Shown here: positions 55,016-64,000 of the stretch, one piece after another | How positions within the stretch are numbered: the first letter of the stretch is position 1 | Layout of the letters: every line of letters starts with the position of its first letter | Assembly (NCBI GenBank): GCA_028716225.1 | Contig: JAQUQE010000003.1 | Span: forward strand, 108,719 to 172,718 | Origin: Dehalococcoidales bacterium | GTDB lineage: Bacteria; Chloroflexota; Dehalococcoidia; Dehalococcoidales; UBA5760 | Reading direction: 5' to 3' | DNA length: 64,000 nucleotides | Notes under the pieces: model-generated | Databases searched by the model: none | Told to the model about the DNA's origin: nothing | Seen by the model: only the letters and a program-made list of their open reading frames with translations | Position numbers and translations under genes: made by a program

Positions 55016-58000
55016 TCAGCCCACCCTGCCCAGTAACTCCTCCAGTACCTTCTGCCACCGACCCCCCACTAGTTTAGTGTTCAGTCTGATCTGGGTCAGC
55101 CCTATCTTTATGCCGTCCCCGGCCAGTGGAGCGAGCCTCTGTTTGTCGAAGTGCATGCCGGGGAAGAGCCTCAGGATGATCTGGCCGTGTTCGCCGGTGA
55201 CGGATTCGACGCCCACCCTGGCTGCCAGTATCTTGATCCTGACCGCATAGAGCAGGTTTGCGACTTCCTCGGGCGGCCTGCCGAAGCGGTCGCTGCACTC
55301 ATAGGCCATGTCCTCCAGTTCTTCTAAAGATTTGATATCCGCCAGCCGCTGGTAGAGGCTCAGCCTGGTATTCAGGTCGGCGATGTACCCTTCCGGAATA
55401 TAGGTGTCCAGGGGCAGGTCTATATTCGGCGGGGGCAGTGACGGCGCCGGCGGCTTATCGGCAGCGCCGGACCGTTTGTCCTTCTCCCTCTCCACCGCTT
55501 CCGCCAGCAGGCGGCAGTAGAGGTTGAAGCCGACGGCGCTGATCTGCCCGCTCTGTTTTACCCCCAGGAGGTTTCCGGCGCCCCTGATCTCGAGGTCTTT
55601 GATGGCGATGTTAAAACCGGCGCCCAGCTCGGTGGCCTCGAAGATGGTCCTCAGGCGCCTCTCGGCGGTGTGGGTCAGCTGCTTGCCCCGGTCGTAGAGA
55701 AAGTAGGCGTAGGCGAGGTTGGTACCCCGGCCGATCCGGCCGCGCAGCTGATAAAGCTGGGTCAGGCCGAACCTGTCCGCTTTGTTGACAATCAGAGTGT
55801 TGACGTTGGGCATATCCAGCCCGGATTCGATGATGGTGGTACAGACCAGTATGTCTATCTTGCTCCGGGCAAAATCGGTCATCACCGCCTCCAGTTCGGT
55901 CTCGGACATCTGGCCGTGAGCGATGGCGATGCGGGCTTCGGGCACCAGTTGCTCGAGGCGTCCGGCGACCATGGCGATACTCTGTACCCGGTTGTGGACG
56001 AAGAATACCTGTCCGTTGCGCTCCAGTTCCCTCAGTACGGCCTCCCTGATCAGGCTGTCGTCGTATTCGGCAACGAAGGTCTTGATGGGCAGGCGGTCTT
56101 CGGGTGGGGTCTCGATAGTGCTCATATCTCGTACTCCGACCAGGGACATATGGAGGGTACGTGGGATGGGAGTGGCGCTCAGGGTAAGCACGTCCACTTC
56201 CCGCCGCATCTGCTTGAGGTATTCCTTATGGTTAACGCCGAAGCGTTGCTCTTCGTCGATAATGACCAGCCCCAGGTCTCGGAAGGCAATGTCCTTCTGC
56301 AGCAGCCGGTGGGTGCCGATGCAGATGTCCACGTTGCCTTTAGCCAGCCCGTCGATGATGGCATTCTGTTCCTTCTGATTCTTGAACCGGCTCAGCACCT
56401 CAGTTCTGATTGGAAAAGCGCCTAGCCTCTGGCTGAATGTCGAGAAGTGCTGCTGGGCGAGTACGGTGGTCGGCACCAGCACCGCCACCTGTTTATTGTC
56501 CATCACCGCCTTGAAGGCGGCCCGGATAGCTATCTCGGTTTTGCCGTAGCCCACATCGCCGCAGACCAGTCTGTCCATGGGCCTGGGCTGCGCCATATCA
56601 TCCTTTACCTGCTGCTGGACTTTGCTCTGGTCCGGAGTCTCGAGGTAGGGAAATGAAGCCTCCAGCTCCTGCTGCCATACCGTATCGGGTGAAAAGGAGA
56701 ATCCGTCCACGACACCGCGGGCGGCGTAGAGCGTGAGCAGTTCCTCGGCGATTTCTTCCGCCGCCGCCCGGGCCTTCTGCTTGGTGCGGTTCCATTCCGG
56801 AGTGCCCAGCCGGCTTGGCACCGGCGGCTGTTCGCTGGCGCCGATGTAGCGGCTGACGCGGTAGATCTGGTCGGTGGGGACGTAGAGCCTGTCGCCGCCG
56901 GCATACTGCAGCACCAGGTACTCCTTCTCGGTGTTGGCGCTCTCCATGGTGGTGACGCCGCTGAACCGGGCGATGCCGTGCTCGATATGTACCACGTAGT
57001 CTCCCGGGCTCAGGTCGTTTAGGAGTAGCTGGTGGGAGGTCGGACGTTTCCTGGTGAGGCGCCGCTCTTTACTGAAGCCGAAGATTTCGTAATCGGTAAA
57101 GAGGTGGCTGGCTCCGTTCATGGTCCAGCCCTCGGCCAGCAGGCCCTGGATCAGGCTGAGCGAGCCCGGAGCAGGCGCCTCTTTGATTTCAGCGAGGGGG
57201 GGAGCGATAATATCCGCTTCGCCTAGTATCTCGGAGAGGCGGCTTGCCTGGTGGCTGACGATGATGAGGCGGTGTCCCTGTTTCTGGAGGTGTTTCGCCT
57301 TCCTGATAAAGGTCGGCAGCTGGCCCGCGTAGCTTGGGGTGGAGGTGAAGTTCAGCCGCAGCGTTTCTTCGGTGGATGACTTGTCCCAGGCGGTAATTGC
57401 GAGACACTGCTCTTTAGCGATTGCCGCTTCCAGTTCATGCCAGGTGAAATATGGCCTGGGGAAACCGGCGGGCAGCTCGCCTCGCTCCAGCTTCTCGGTA
57501 CGCAGCTCCTCGGCTTTGGCTTCCAGGTCTGCGGCGGCTGAAGCCATGCTGCGCGGTTCGTTCAATACTATCAGCGTGTTTCGGGGCAGATAGCTCAGGA
57601 TACTGTCGCTGTTGAACAGCGGGGCGTAGAACAGCATCCTGGCGGATACCTCTCCCTCGAGCAGTATAGCCATCTCCTGTTCAAGCTGCCGGCGCACCCC
57701 GTCGTTGCAGCCGGCCGGGTTGATGCTGGCTAAGACTTGCCTGAGCTCCTCTTTGCTGATTGATAGCGGTGCCAGCAGCTCGGTTGCCGGGGTGACGGCT
57801 ACTTCGGATACCTTCGTCATTGAACGCTGGCTGACCGGGTCGAAGAGGCGGATGCTGTCGATGTTATCACCGTAGAAGTCCAGTCTGGCCGGCAGGTCGC
57901 CGGAGGGCGGGTAGATGTCGATGATGCCTCCGCGCCGGCTGACGGTCCCGGGGACCTCCACCGTGCTTTCTATCCGGTAGCCCATCGCCTGCCAGCGCTT

Positions 58001-58495
58001 CAGCAGGCTGAGCGGTTCGACATTGTCGCCTACCCTGATTGTGTGATGCGTAGAGCTAAAATCGCGGTACGGGGCTACCTTCTGCATCAGTGCCGGGGTA
58101 GAGGTGATCGTCAGGGGAGCATTCCGCTTGCCCCCGGCACCGGCCAGTGCGGAGAGTATCTGCAGTCTCTCCATCTCGGTTACAGTGTCGGAAGTTATCC
58201 GCTGGTAGGGGAGGGTATCTGGTTCGGGGAAGAGCCTTAGCCGGGTGGAGCCGGTCCAGGCTGCCAGCTGCTCGGAAAGCTTTTTGCTTTCCTGGGGCTG
58301 AGCCGTCACTACCAGCAGAGGTCTTTTCAGGTCGTGGTATAACGATGCAATCAGGTACGGTCGGGCGGCGTCGAGCACTACCACTCTGGTACTGCCGCCC
58401 GGCTTACCCAGCCTGTCGATAAGCTGGCGATAGGCCGGCATCTCGGCGCTTAATTGTAATAGCCCGGTTATTTCCGGCTGCATTTTTCTACTCAA
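55016..58495 (-). CDS. mfd: transcription-repair coupling factor
   Basis: 1159 aa. UvrB-homology N-terminus, a CarD/RID region (GDYVVHIEHGIA), SF2 translocase motifs (CGDVGYGKTE, DEEQRFG, TATPIPRT, RGRIGRG) and a TRG-like region. Confidence 0.95.
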   Translation of the reverse strand: MSRKMQPEITGLLQLSAEMPAYRQLIDRLGKPGGSTRVVVLDAARPYLIASLYHDLKRPLLVVTAQPQESKKLSEQLAAWTGSTRLRLFPEPDTLPYQRITSDTVTEMERLQILSALAGAGGKRNAPLTITSTPALMQKVAPYRDFSSTHHTIRVGDNVEPLSLLKRWQAMGYRIESTVEVPGTVSRRGGIIDIYPPSGDLPARLDFYGDNIDSIRLFDPVSQRSMTKVSEVAVTPATELLAPLSISKEELRQVLASINPAGCNDGVRRQLEQEMAILLEGEVSARMLFYAPLFNSDSILSYLPRNTLIVLNEPRSMASAAADLEAKAEELRTEKLERGELPAGFPRPYFTWHELEAAIAKEQCLAITAWDKSSTEETLRLNFTSTPSYAGQLPTFIRKAKHLQKQGHRLIIVSHQASRLSEILGEADIIAPPLAEIKEAPAPGSLSLIQGLLAEGWTMNGASHLFTDYEIFGFSKERRLTRKRPTSHQLLLNDLSPGDYVVHIEHGIARFSGVTTMESANTEKEYLVLQYAGGDRLYVPTDQIYRVSRYIGASEQPPVPSRLGTPEWNRTKQKARAAAEEIAEELLTLYAARGVVDGFSFSPDTVWQQELEASFPYLETPDQSKVQQQVKDDMAQPRPMDRLVCGDVGYGKTEIAIRAAFKAVMDNKQVAVLVPTTVLAQQHFSTFSQRLGAFPIRTEVLSRFKNQKEQNAIIDGLAKGNVDICIGTHRLLQKDIAFRDLGLVIIDEEQRFGVNHKEYLKQMRREVDVLTLSATPIPRTLHMSLVGVRDMSTIETPPEDRLPIKTFVAEYDDSLIREAVLRELERNGQVFFVHNRVQSIAMVAGRLEQLVPEARIAIAHGQMSETELEAVMTDFARSKIDILVCTTIIESGLDMPNVNTLIVNKADRFGLTQLYQLRGRIGRGTNLAYAYFLYDRGKQLTHTAERRLRTIFEATELGAGFNIAIKDLEIRGAGNLLGVKQSGQISAVGFNLYCRLLAEAVEREKDKRSGAADKPPAPSLPPPNIDLPLDTYIPEGYIADLNTRLSLYQRLADIKSLEELEDMAYECSDRFGRPPEEVANLLYAVRIKILAARVGVESVTGEHGQIILRLFPGMHFDKQRLAPLAGDGIKIGLTQIRLNTKLVGGRWQKVLEELLGRVG

Positions 58496-58617
58496 ACACC
58501 GCTAGGGCTAGCCGAAACGGCCTAGCCCTCCGCAAGAAATTCTACCACAGTAAACAGCCCCGGGTACACGCTGCCTGATCCTTATTCATCGGGCCAGAGC
58601 GAATAGGTACACTCTAC

Positions 58618-58647
58618 TTGACACTTCAGATTAGTAATTGCTAGAAT
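58618..58647 (+). promoter_or_regulatory. rplU-rpmA-rpmE promoter
   Basis: TTGACA (58618-58623), 18-nt spacer, TAGAAT (58642-58647). Confidence 0.55.
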
Positions 58648-58685
58648 AAATGGTTGTTTGTTTCTAATTGTTTTGGAGAAAAAAT

Positions 58686-59030
58686 ATGTACGCTGTGATC
58701 GAAACCGGTGGTAAGCAATATAAGGTAAGCCCCGGCCAGACGGTAGACGTGGAGCGGCTTGATGTTGCCGAGGGTAGCACCGTTGACCTGGACAGGGTAT
58801 TGCTTATTGCTGATGGGGACAAGGTATTGGTGGGTAATCCTACCGTTGACGGAGCTAAGGTAGTGGCTACCTCTCAGGGTGACGGTAAGGGTGATAAGGT
58901 TATCGTATTCAAGTATAAACCTAAAGTACGCTACAGCAAGAAAACGGGACACCGTCAGCCTTACACCCGGCTGACTATCGATAAGATAGTAAAAGCCAGG
59001 AAGACTGGTAGCGTTGATAAGAAGGGGTGA
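58686..59030 (+). CDS. rplU: 50S ribosomal protein L21
   Basis: [15 protein letters not shown] and [21 protein letters not shown]. Confidence 0.95.
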   Translation: MYAVIETGGKQYKVSPGQTVDVERLDVAEGSTVDLDRVLLIADGDKVLVGNPTVDGAKVVATSQGDGKGDKVIVFKYKPKVRYSKKTGHRQPYTRLTIDKIVKARKTGSVDKKG

Positions 59031-59035
59031 TGTAA

Positions 59036-59290
59036 GTGGCGCATAAAAAGGGCGGCGGCTCATCACGTAACGGCCGGGACAGTAATGCCCAGCGTCTCGG
59101 AGTAAAGAGATACGCCGGACAGACTGTTAATGCCGGGACCATCCTGGTCCGGCAGCGGGGTACCTCTATTCACCCGGGTAATAACGTCGGTGTCGGAAAG
59201 GACTACACCCTGTTTGCCCTTGTTGACGGCGTCGTTAAATACGAGCCGGCCGGAAAGAATAAGAGGAAGGCCAGCGTGTACGCTGTTTAG
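59036..59290 (+). CDS. rpmA: 50S ribosomal protein L27
   Basis: [52 protein letters not shown] start. Confidence 0.95.
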   Translation: MAHKKGGGSSRNGRDSNAQRLGVKRYAGQTVNAGTILVRQRGTSIHPGNNVGVGKDYTLFALVDGVVKYEPAGKNKRKASVYAV

Positions 59291-59294
59291 GACT

Positions 59295-59501
59295 ATGAAG
59301 GATAAGATTCATCCCAAGTATTATGCCGATGCCCAGGTGATCTGTGCCTGCGGCAATACCTTTGTGACCGGCTCCACGCGGAAGGTGCTTAAGGTCGAGG
59401 TATGCAGCAACTGCCACCCGTTCTTCACCGGGGAACGCAGGATGATGGATACCGCCGGGCAGGTGGAGCGGTTCAAGCGGCGTTACAAGTTGGAAGGGTA
59501 G
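59295..59501 (+). CDS. rpmE: 50S ribosomal protein L31 (Zn-binding type)
   Basis: MKDKIHPKYY....C.CGN.F...ST.....VEVCSNCHPFFTG. Internal ATG 59295 within the listed ORF 59130-59501. Confidence 0.92.
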   Translation: MKDKIHPKYYADAQVICACGNTFVTGSTRKVLKVEVCSNCHPFFTGERRMMDTAGQVERFKRRYKLEG

Positions 59502-59527
59502 TAGCACGAGGCTTTTTAGTGGTATCG

Positions 59528-59565
59528 GGAGCAGCTTCAATAAAGCTGCTCCTTTCTTCTTTTAT
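59528..59565 (+). terminator. intrinsic terminator after rpmE
   Basis: GGAGCAGCTT-caata-AAGCTGCTCC followed by TTTCTTCTTTTATT. Confidence 0.8.
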
Positions 59566-59580
59566 TGAGGGGTACTTTTT

Positions 59581-60462
59581 GTGGAGAAGAGGTTTAATTA
59601 CGGCGGTCAGGCGGTTATCGACGGTGTGATGATGCGGGGGCGAAAGGTGGTGGTGACGGCGGTACGCCGTCCCGGTGGGGGAATAGCCCTGGATACCCAG
59701 TCGCTGCCGTCTATCCTGAGCAGCCGGGCAAGGCAGATCCCTCTAATCCGGGGCATTCTGGCCTTGATTGAGACCATGGTGCTGGGTATCAAGTCCCTCG
59801 TCTACTCGGCTGAGGTGTCCACGGAAGAGGAAGAAGAGAAGCTGTCGAGCTGGGCCATTGGTGGTATGGTGGCCGGTTCCATTGCTTTTGCTGTTGGCAT
59901 TTTCTTCATTGCGCCCCTTTTCCTGACCAGAATGCTGGACACCTATATTGAGTCCTCGATAGTTTTCCATCTGGTGGAAGGGTTTATTCGCATGGGTATT
60001 TTCCTGGCTTACCTTAAAATACTGACCGTAATCCCCGGACTGGGGAAGCTGTTTGCCTATCATGGCGCTGAGCACAAGGCGGTGAACGCCTACGAGGCCG
60101 GGGTACCCCTGGAGCTGGAGGCGGTGCGGAAATACAGTACGGCACATAATCGCTGTGGTACCAGCTTTCTGTTTGTGGTTCTGATTATCGCCATCATTGT
60201 TTTTTCCCTCATCGGGAGGCCTTCGCTGGGGATAATGGTGCTGTCGCGGGTTGCCCTGGTCCCGGTTATTGCCGGGATCGGCTATGAAATCGCCCAGTTT
60301 GGCGCCAGGCATACCGGCAGCAGGTTTATCAGGGCTTACCAGGGTCCCGGCCTTTGGCTGCAGCGGCTGACGACCAGAGAGCCCGACGACAGTCAGCTTG
60401 AGGTCGGCATATCGGCATTAAAAAGAGCCGTCGAGGTCGATCATCTTGGAGGGGAAGGTTAG
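59581..60462 (+). CDS. DUF1385 (YqhQ-like) membrane protein
   Basis: YGGQAVIDGVMMRG, YHGAEHKAVN, RCGTSFL and multiple TM helices. GTG start. Follows rpmE, as this family often does. Confidence 0.8.
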   Translation: MEKRFNYGGQAVIDGVMMRGRKVVVTAVRRPGGGIALDTQSLPSILSSRARQIPLIRGILALIETMVLGIKSLVYSAEVSTEEEEEKLSSWAIGGMVAGSIAFAVGIFFIAPLFLTRMLDTYIESSIVFHLVEGFIRMGIFLAYLKILTVIPGLGKLFAYHGAEHKAVNAYEAGVPLELEAVRKYSTAHNRCGTSFLFVVLIIAIIVFSLIGRPSLGIMVLSRVALVPVIAGIGYEIAQFGARHTGSRFIRAYQGPGLWLQRLTTREPDDSQLEVGISALKRAVEVDHLGGEG

Positions 60463-60468
60463 GCTGCC

Positions 60469-60816
60469 TCAGGGTTTATCGGTGGTCAGGTCTTGCTCGG
60501 TAAGCCGCTGGAAGAAGCAGGTCTTATTGCCGGTATGGCATACCGGGCCGACCGGTCTGGCCTGAACTAGAATGGTGTCGCTGTCGCAGTCCTTCCAGAT
60601 GGAGACTACCCTAATATAGTTGCCCGAGGTTTCCCCCTTGTGCCATAGCTTCTGCCGGCTTCGACTATAGAACCAGGCATCGCCGCTGGATAGAGTCAGG
60701 CGGAGCGCCTCCTCATTCATATAGCCCAGCATCAGCGTCTCGCCGCTGTCGGCATCCTGAATTATCGCTGGTATAAGCCCCTTCTCGTTAAACTTCAGGT
60801 TAGCTATTGTCCTCAC
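60469..60816 (-). CDS. hisI: phosphoribosyl-AMP cyclohydrolase
   Basis: GLIPAIIQD...[32 protein letters not shown]...V.....DCD.D..L..A...GP.CHTG. GTG start. Confidence 0.92.
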   Translation of the reverse strand: MRTIANLKFNEKGLIPAIIQDADSGETLMLGYMNEEALRLTLSSGDAWFYSRSRQKLWHKGETSGNYIRVVSIWKDCDSDTILVQARPVGPVCHTGNKTCFFQRLTEQDLTTDKP

Positions 60817-60931
60817 CCCCTTATCTACTTTGGTATCCCGCCTTTTCTCTATGGGAAGAGCGGAGGCATGTACTTTACCGTGGTTTTCCAGCCTGCTCTT
60901 GTTGTTTCTTAGGAATAAAAGAATCCTTAAA

Positions 60932-61741
60932 TTATTGACTGATGGTGGTCAGGGCCTGTTTCAGGTTGATGTCCTTGGTATAGAGCGCCTTGCCGATGAT
61001 GGCTCCTTCCACACCAAGTTGTTTTAACATTCTGAGATGATTCAGTGATGAGATGCCGCCGGCAGCAATGATAGGTAGTCTAACGGCATTGACCATCTCG
61101 TTAATGGAGCTGAAGTTTGGCTCGGTAAGGGTGCCGTCGCGGCTAATATCGGTATGAATAAAACGCTTTACCCCCAGCTCGACCATCGACCTGGCAAGCT
61201 CTGTTGCACCTAGTGCGGTCTTCTGCTGCCAGCCGTGTATTGCAACATTACCTTTCCTGGTATCAATACAGACAATAATTGATTCGCTGAAACTGTGGCA
61301 CGCCTCTTTAACCAGCGTCGGGTCTTCTACGGCGGATGTGCCCAGAATGACGCGCTCCACTCCTGTTTTTAGCAGTTGTTCTATTGTTTCCAGGTGACGG
61401 ATGCCGCCGCCTACCTGGGTGGGTATCAGTAGAGCACTGGCTATTTCATTGATAATATCCAGATTGCAGAGTCTGCCGGCAACAGCGCCGTCAAGGTCGA
61501 CGATATGTAGTCTCGGTGCTCCCATTGACTGCCATTCCAGCGCTACCTCTACCGGGTCATTATAGAATACCGTTTCCTGGTCATAATCACCCTGGTAGAG
61601 CCGGACGCACTTGCCTTTTCTGATATCTATCGCCGGGATTATCTCTATGGTTGTCGTCTCCTTCCCGCAACTAAATCCCTTGTTTTTGTAGCCATTATCA
61701 TACCATAAAAATACCGTTGCATTGAAATTAGTCCTCTTCAT
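60932..61741 (-). CDS. hisA: ProFAR isomerase HisA (start codon uncertain)
   Basis: [26 protein letters not shown] and AGGISS motifs. The only in-frame ATG (61741) adds about 30 residues upstream of the conserved N-terminus. A GGAAGGAG SD lies just before an in-frame ATA near 61651. Confidence 0.85.
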   Translation of the reverse strand: MKRTNFNATVFLWYDNGYKNKGFSCGKETTTIEIIPAIDIRKGKCVRLYQGDYDQETVFYNDPVEVALEWQSMGAPRLHIVDLDGAVAGRLCNLDIINEIASALLIPTQVGGGIRHLETIEQLLKTGVERVILGTSAVEDPTLVKEACHSFSESIIVCIDTRKGNVAIHGWQQKTALGATELARSMVELGVKRFIHTDISRDGTLTEPNFSSINEMVNAVRLPIIAAGGISSLNHLRMLKQLGVEGAIIGKALYTKDINLKQALTTISQ

Positions 61742-61871
61742 CTGCTCATCTTGACATGGTCGGTTCCGGTTGCTAGACTGTCATTGCCTGTTCTAGTAAT
61801 ATGTAAATTAGAATGGCCGGAGAAAGAGAGCTTCCATTCCGGCGCCGATACTAATAGCGGAGGTGGTATCA

Positions 61872-62153
61872 ATGGCGACCTACGTTATGCTCACTACCTT
61901 AACTGATGAAGGAAGAAAGACGATAAAGTCGCATCCCCAGAGAATAAAAGAGGTGAATAAAGAGGTCGAGGCCATGGGAGTTAAGATAATAGCCCAGTAT
62001 GCTGTTCTGGGTCTCTATGACTTTGTCAATATCCTGGAGGCCCCGGATAATATTGCTGTGGCCAGGGTAGCCAACGAGCTTGGCTCAAGAGGTACGATGC
62101 AAACGATGACCATGGCTGCGATGACCCTCGATGAGTTTTGTGGTAACAGCTAA
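61872..62153 (+). CDS. GYD domain protein
   Basis: MATYVML...T.EG......P.R.......E..G.K....Y...G.YD.V.I.EAPD. A GGAGGTG SD precedes ATG 61872. Confidence 0.75.
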   Translation: MATYVMLTTLTDEGRKTIKSHPQRIKEVNKEVEAMGVKIIAQYAVLGLYDFVNILEAPDNIAVARVANELGSRGTMQTMTMAAMTLDEFCGNS

Positions 62154-62775
62154 AGAGAGCCGCCGATTCGGAGATTCGCTGCAATGTCTGCTCCTGGCGA
62201 CGAACAACAAGGCTAAGGTGCGTGAGTACCGGAGTCTGCTGCAGGCCCTCTCCTTCAGGCTGGTTACTCTGGAGGAAAGAGGCATTGCCCGTGAAGTTGA
62301 CGAGGTAGGAGAAAGCCTGGAGGAGAATGCCAGGCTAAAGGCGGTGATATTATCTGCTGAGAGCGGGTTAGTGGCCCTGGCTGATGATTCCGGGTTAGAG
62401 GTTGATGCCCTGGGTGGCGAACCGGGTCGGCTGTCGGCACGTTATGCCGGTGAAGGGGCTTCGGACAGCGACCGGGTTAGCTATCTCCTGTCCAGACTCG
62501 AGGGTGTACCCTGGGGAAGGCGTTCTGCCCGTTTCCGCTGTGTTATTGCGGTTGCCACTCCTGATGGAAGGCTGGGGTTTTGTTATGGCGAGTGCCCGGG
62601 GCTGATAAGTCTTGAGCCGAAGGGAGAAGGAGGCTTTGGCTATGACCCCATTTTTTATCTTCCCGAGTTGGACAGGACGATGGCCCAGTTATCGCTGGAG
62701 GAGAAGGACAGAATCAGTCATCGGGGACAGGCAGCCGGTAAAGTGCCCCGGGTGCTGATGGAGATGGGATTATGA
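62131..62775 (+). CDS. rdgB: RdgB/HAM1 non-canonical purine NTP pyrophosphatase
   Basis: LATNN.AKVREY, ADDSGLEVDALGG.PG..SARY, GFGYDPIF and ISHRG motifs. The start is ambiguous between ATG 62131 and GTG 62140. Overlaps the GYD gene's 3' end. Confidence 0.88.
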   Translation: MSFVVTAKESRRFGDSLQCLLLATNNKAKVREYRSLLQALSFRLVTLEERGIAREVDEVGESLEENARLKAVILSAESGLVALADDSGLEVDALGGEPGRLSARYAGEGASDSDRVSYLLSRLEGVPWGRRSARFRCVIAVATPDGRLGFCYGECPGLISLEPKGEGGFGYDPIFYLPELDRTMAQLSLEEKDRISHRGQAAGKVPRVLMEMGL

Positions 62776-63758
62776 CCGGACTTTATGATTCTTTTCAGCG
62801 GCCGATAAATTACCTGCGTATTTCGGTAACCGACCGTTGTAATCTGCGCTGTGTCTACTGTATGCCGGCTGATGGTATTTGCCAGATATCCCATGGAGAT
62901 ATTCTTACCTATGAGGAAATTTGCACCATAGTCCGGGCGGCGGCTGATCTGGGTATAAGCAGGGTCAGGCTTACCGGTGGTGAACCTCTGGTGAGGCTGG
63001 GTCTGGCTGATCTGGTACGAATGCTGGTACGGTTGGATACCATTGACGATGTCTCCCTTACCACAAACGGGACACTACTCGGCAGTTATGCTCCTATCCT
63101 GAAACAGGCAGGTCTCAAGCGGGTCAATATCAGCCTGGATACCCTCCGGTCGGATAGATTCAAGAGTATTACTCGCAGCAGTTATGATGTTGCCGATGTC
63201 CTCAGGGGTATTGATAGTGCCGGGTCGGTGGGACTCAGTCCGGTGAAGATTAATATGGTGGTTATGGCCGGTATTAACGATGATGAAGTCCTTGATTTTG
63301 CCAAAAAGACTATCGTAGAAGGGTGGCACGTGCGCTTCATTGAATTTATGCCTACTGCGGGAATAGCTTACAGCACCTCTCATTTTGTTCCGGTCAGCGA
63401 GATAAAGAAACGTATTGAGACGTTGGGTAAACTGGAGCCTGGTCTAACACAGGTTGGTAATGGGCCGGCCCGGTACTTCCGTTTCCCCGGAGCCTGCGGC
63501 ACGGTTGGTTTTATCAGCCCGGTCAGTGAGCATTTCTGTTTTAATTGTAACCGGCTGCGTCTTACGGCTGATGGAAAGCTCCGCCCTTGTTTACTCTCTG
63601 ACGATGAGGTGGATCTAAAGCAGCCTATTCGTAGCGGCATATCTTTATCGGAGCTGAAGCGATTAATAACTGCTGCGGTAAGCAGTAAGCCGCTGCGTCA
63701 TCGTCTGTCTGAGGGGTTTTTGCCGGGAGACCGGCCGATGACTCAAGTAGGGGGTTGA
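62772..63758 (+). CDS. moaA: GTP 3',8-cyclase (radical SAM)
   Basis: YLRISVTDRCNLRCVYCMP radical-SAM cluster, LTGGEPL, and a C-terminal cluster CFNCNRLRLTADGKLRPCL. Confidence 0.93.
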   Translation: MTGLYDSFQRPINYLRISVTDRCNLRCVYCMPADGICQISHGDILTYEEICTIVRAAADLGISRVRLTGGEPLVRLGLADLVRMLVRLDTIDDVSLTTNGTLLGSYAPILKQAGLKRVNISLDTLRSDRFKSITRSSYDVADVLRGIDSAGSVGLSPVKINMVVMAGINDDEVLDFAKKTIVEGWHVRFIEFMPTAGIAYSTSHFVPVSEIKKRIETLGKLEPGLTQVGNGPARYFRFPGACGTVGFISPVSEHFCFNCNRLRLTADGKLRPCLLSDDEVDLKQPIRSGISLSELKRLITAAVSSKPLRHRLSEGFLPGDRPMTQVGG

Positions 63759-63761
63759 TTT

Positions 63762-64000
63762 ATGGGAGAGCTAACCCACCTGGATGCCCGGGGGCATCCT
63801 AAGATGGTAGATATCAGTGCCAAACCTGATACTCAGCGTGAGGCAGTTGCCAGGGGGGCTGTCAGGATGCAGGCGGCTACCCTCGATCTCATAAAGAAGG
63901 GTGGTGTGGTCAAGGGTGACGTTATGGCGGTGGCCCGGCTGGCTGGCATTATGGCAGCCAAGCGGACGCCGGACCTGATACCCCTGTGCCATCCGCTGCT
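63762..64000 (+). CDS. moaC: cyclic pyranopterin monophosphate synthase (5' part; runs off the window)
   Basis: My translation from ATG 63762 is [34 protein letters not shown]...[29 protein letters not shown], the canonical MoaC N-terminus. It is not in the ORF track because there is no stop inside the window. Confidence 0.88.
   Translation, partial: MGELTHLDARGHPKMVDISAKPDTQREAVARGAVRMQAATLDLIKKGGVVKGDVMAVARLAGIMAAKRTPDLIPLCHPL

Noticed and set aside
58496-58685. A hairpin (GGGCTAGCC-gaaac-GGCCTAGCCC, 58512-58540) as a possible riboswitch or ribosomal-protein leader
   Set aside because: It lies in the mfd 5' region on the opposite strand from rplU. It is a single simple stem with a bulge and resembles no known leader. 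The rplU leader downstream of its promoter is short and unstructured.

Overview
This 64-kb window looks like a chromosomal segment of a Chloroflexota bacterium, probably Dehalococcoidia. I infer that from stretches of the 16S rRNA gene at 21168-22670 (minus strand) that match my memory of Dehalococcoides 16S. This needs a SILVA or BLAST check.

Most of the window is tightly packed housekeeping DNA:
- hom-thrC and folE
- a pyrR-pyrB-pyrC-pyrK operon with a recognisable PyrR attenuator
- ribD-ribE-ribBA-ribH
- lepB, mutL, pcrA and mfd
- rph
- a glpX-pfp-fba operon
- proB-proA
- rplU-rpmA-rpmE
- hisA and hisI
- moaA and moaC

Three regions stand out.

1. A block of about 7.6 kb (13.3-20.9 kb) lies between the pyr promoter and the 3' end of tRNA-Ile. 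It encodes an acVLRF1/Vms1-like peptidyl-tRNA hydrolase, a possible isoprenoid redox set (CrtI-like oxidoreductase, flavodoxin-like protein, geranylgeranyl-reductase-like protein), an enolase-superfamily enzyme and a transglutaminase-like protein whose nucleophile Cys appears to be replaced.
2. A cell-envelope locus spans 40.0-46.3 kb. It has a 365-bp repeat-bearing leader, a 1462-aa Cys-rich Asp-box (BNR) propeller protein with a signal peptide and a C-terminal anchor (an S-layer candidate), and a lipoprotein containing a near-identical in-frame 372-bp tandem duplication.
3. The 16S gene is followed only by tRNA-Ile, with no tRNA-Ala, 23S or 5S.

Smaller oddities:
- PyrB is fused to only the Zn domain of PyrI, plus an extra His-rich tail.
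- The phosphofructokinase carries the PPi-type signature (GGDD, PKTID) and sits next to glpX.
- A 90-aa ORF is embedded between proB and proA.
- There is a Zn-ribbon / LemA / M48-peptidase module.
- Two genes have promoters that imply leaderless transcripts.
- SD-supported TTG and GTG starts are common.

I found no CRISPR array, transposase, integrase or toxin-antitoxin pair. All protein calls come from motif recognition by eye. No database search was run.
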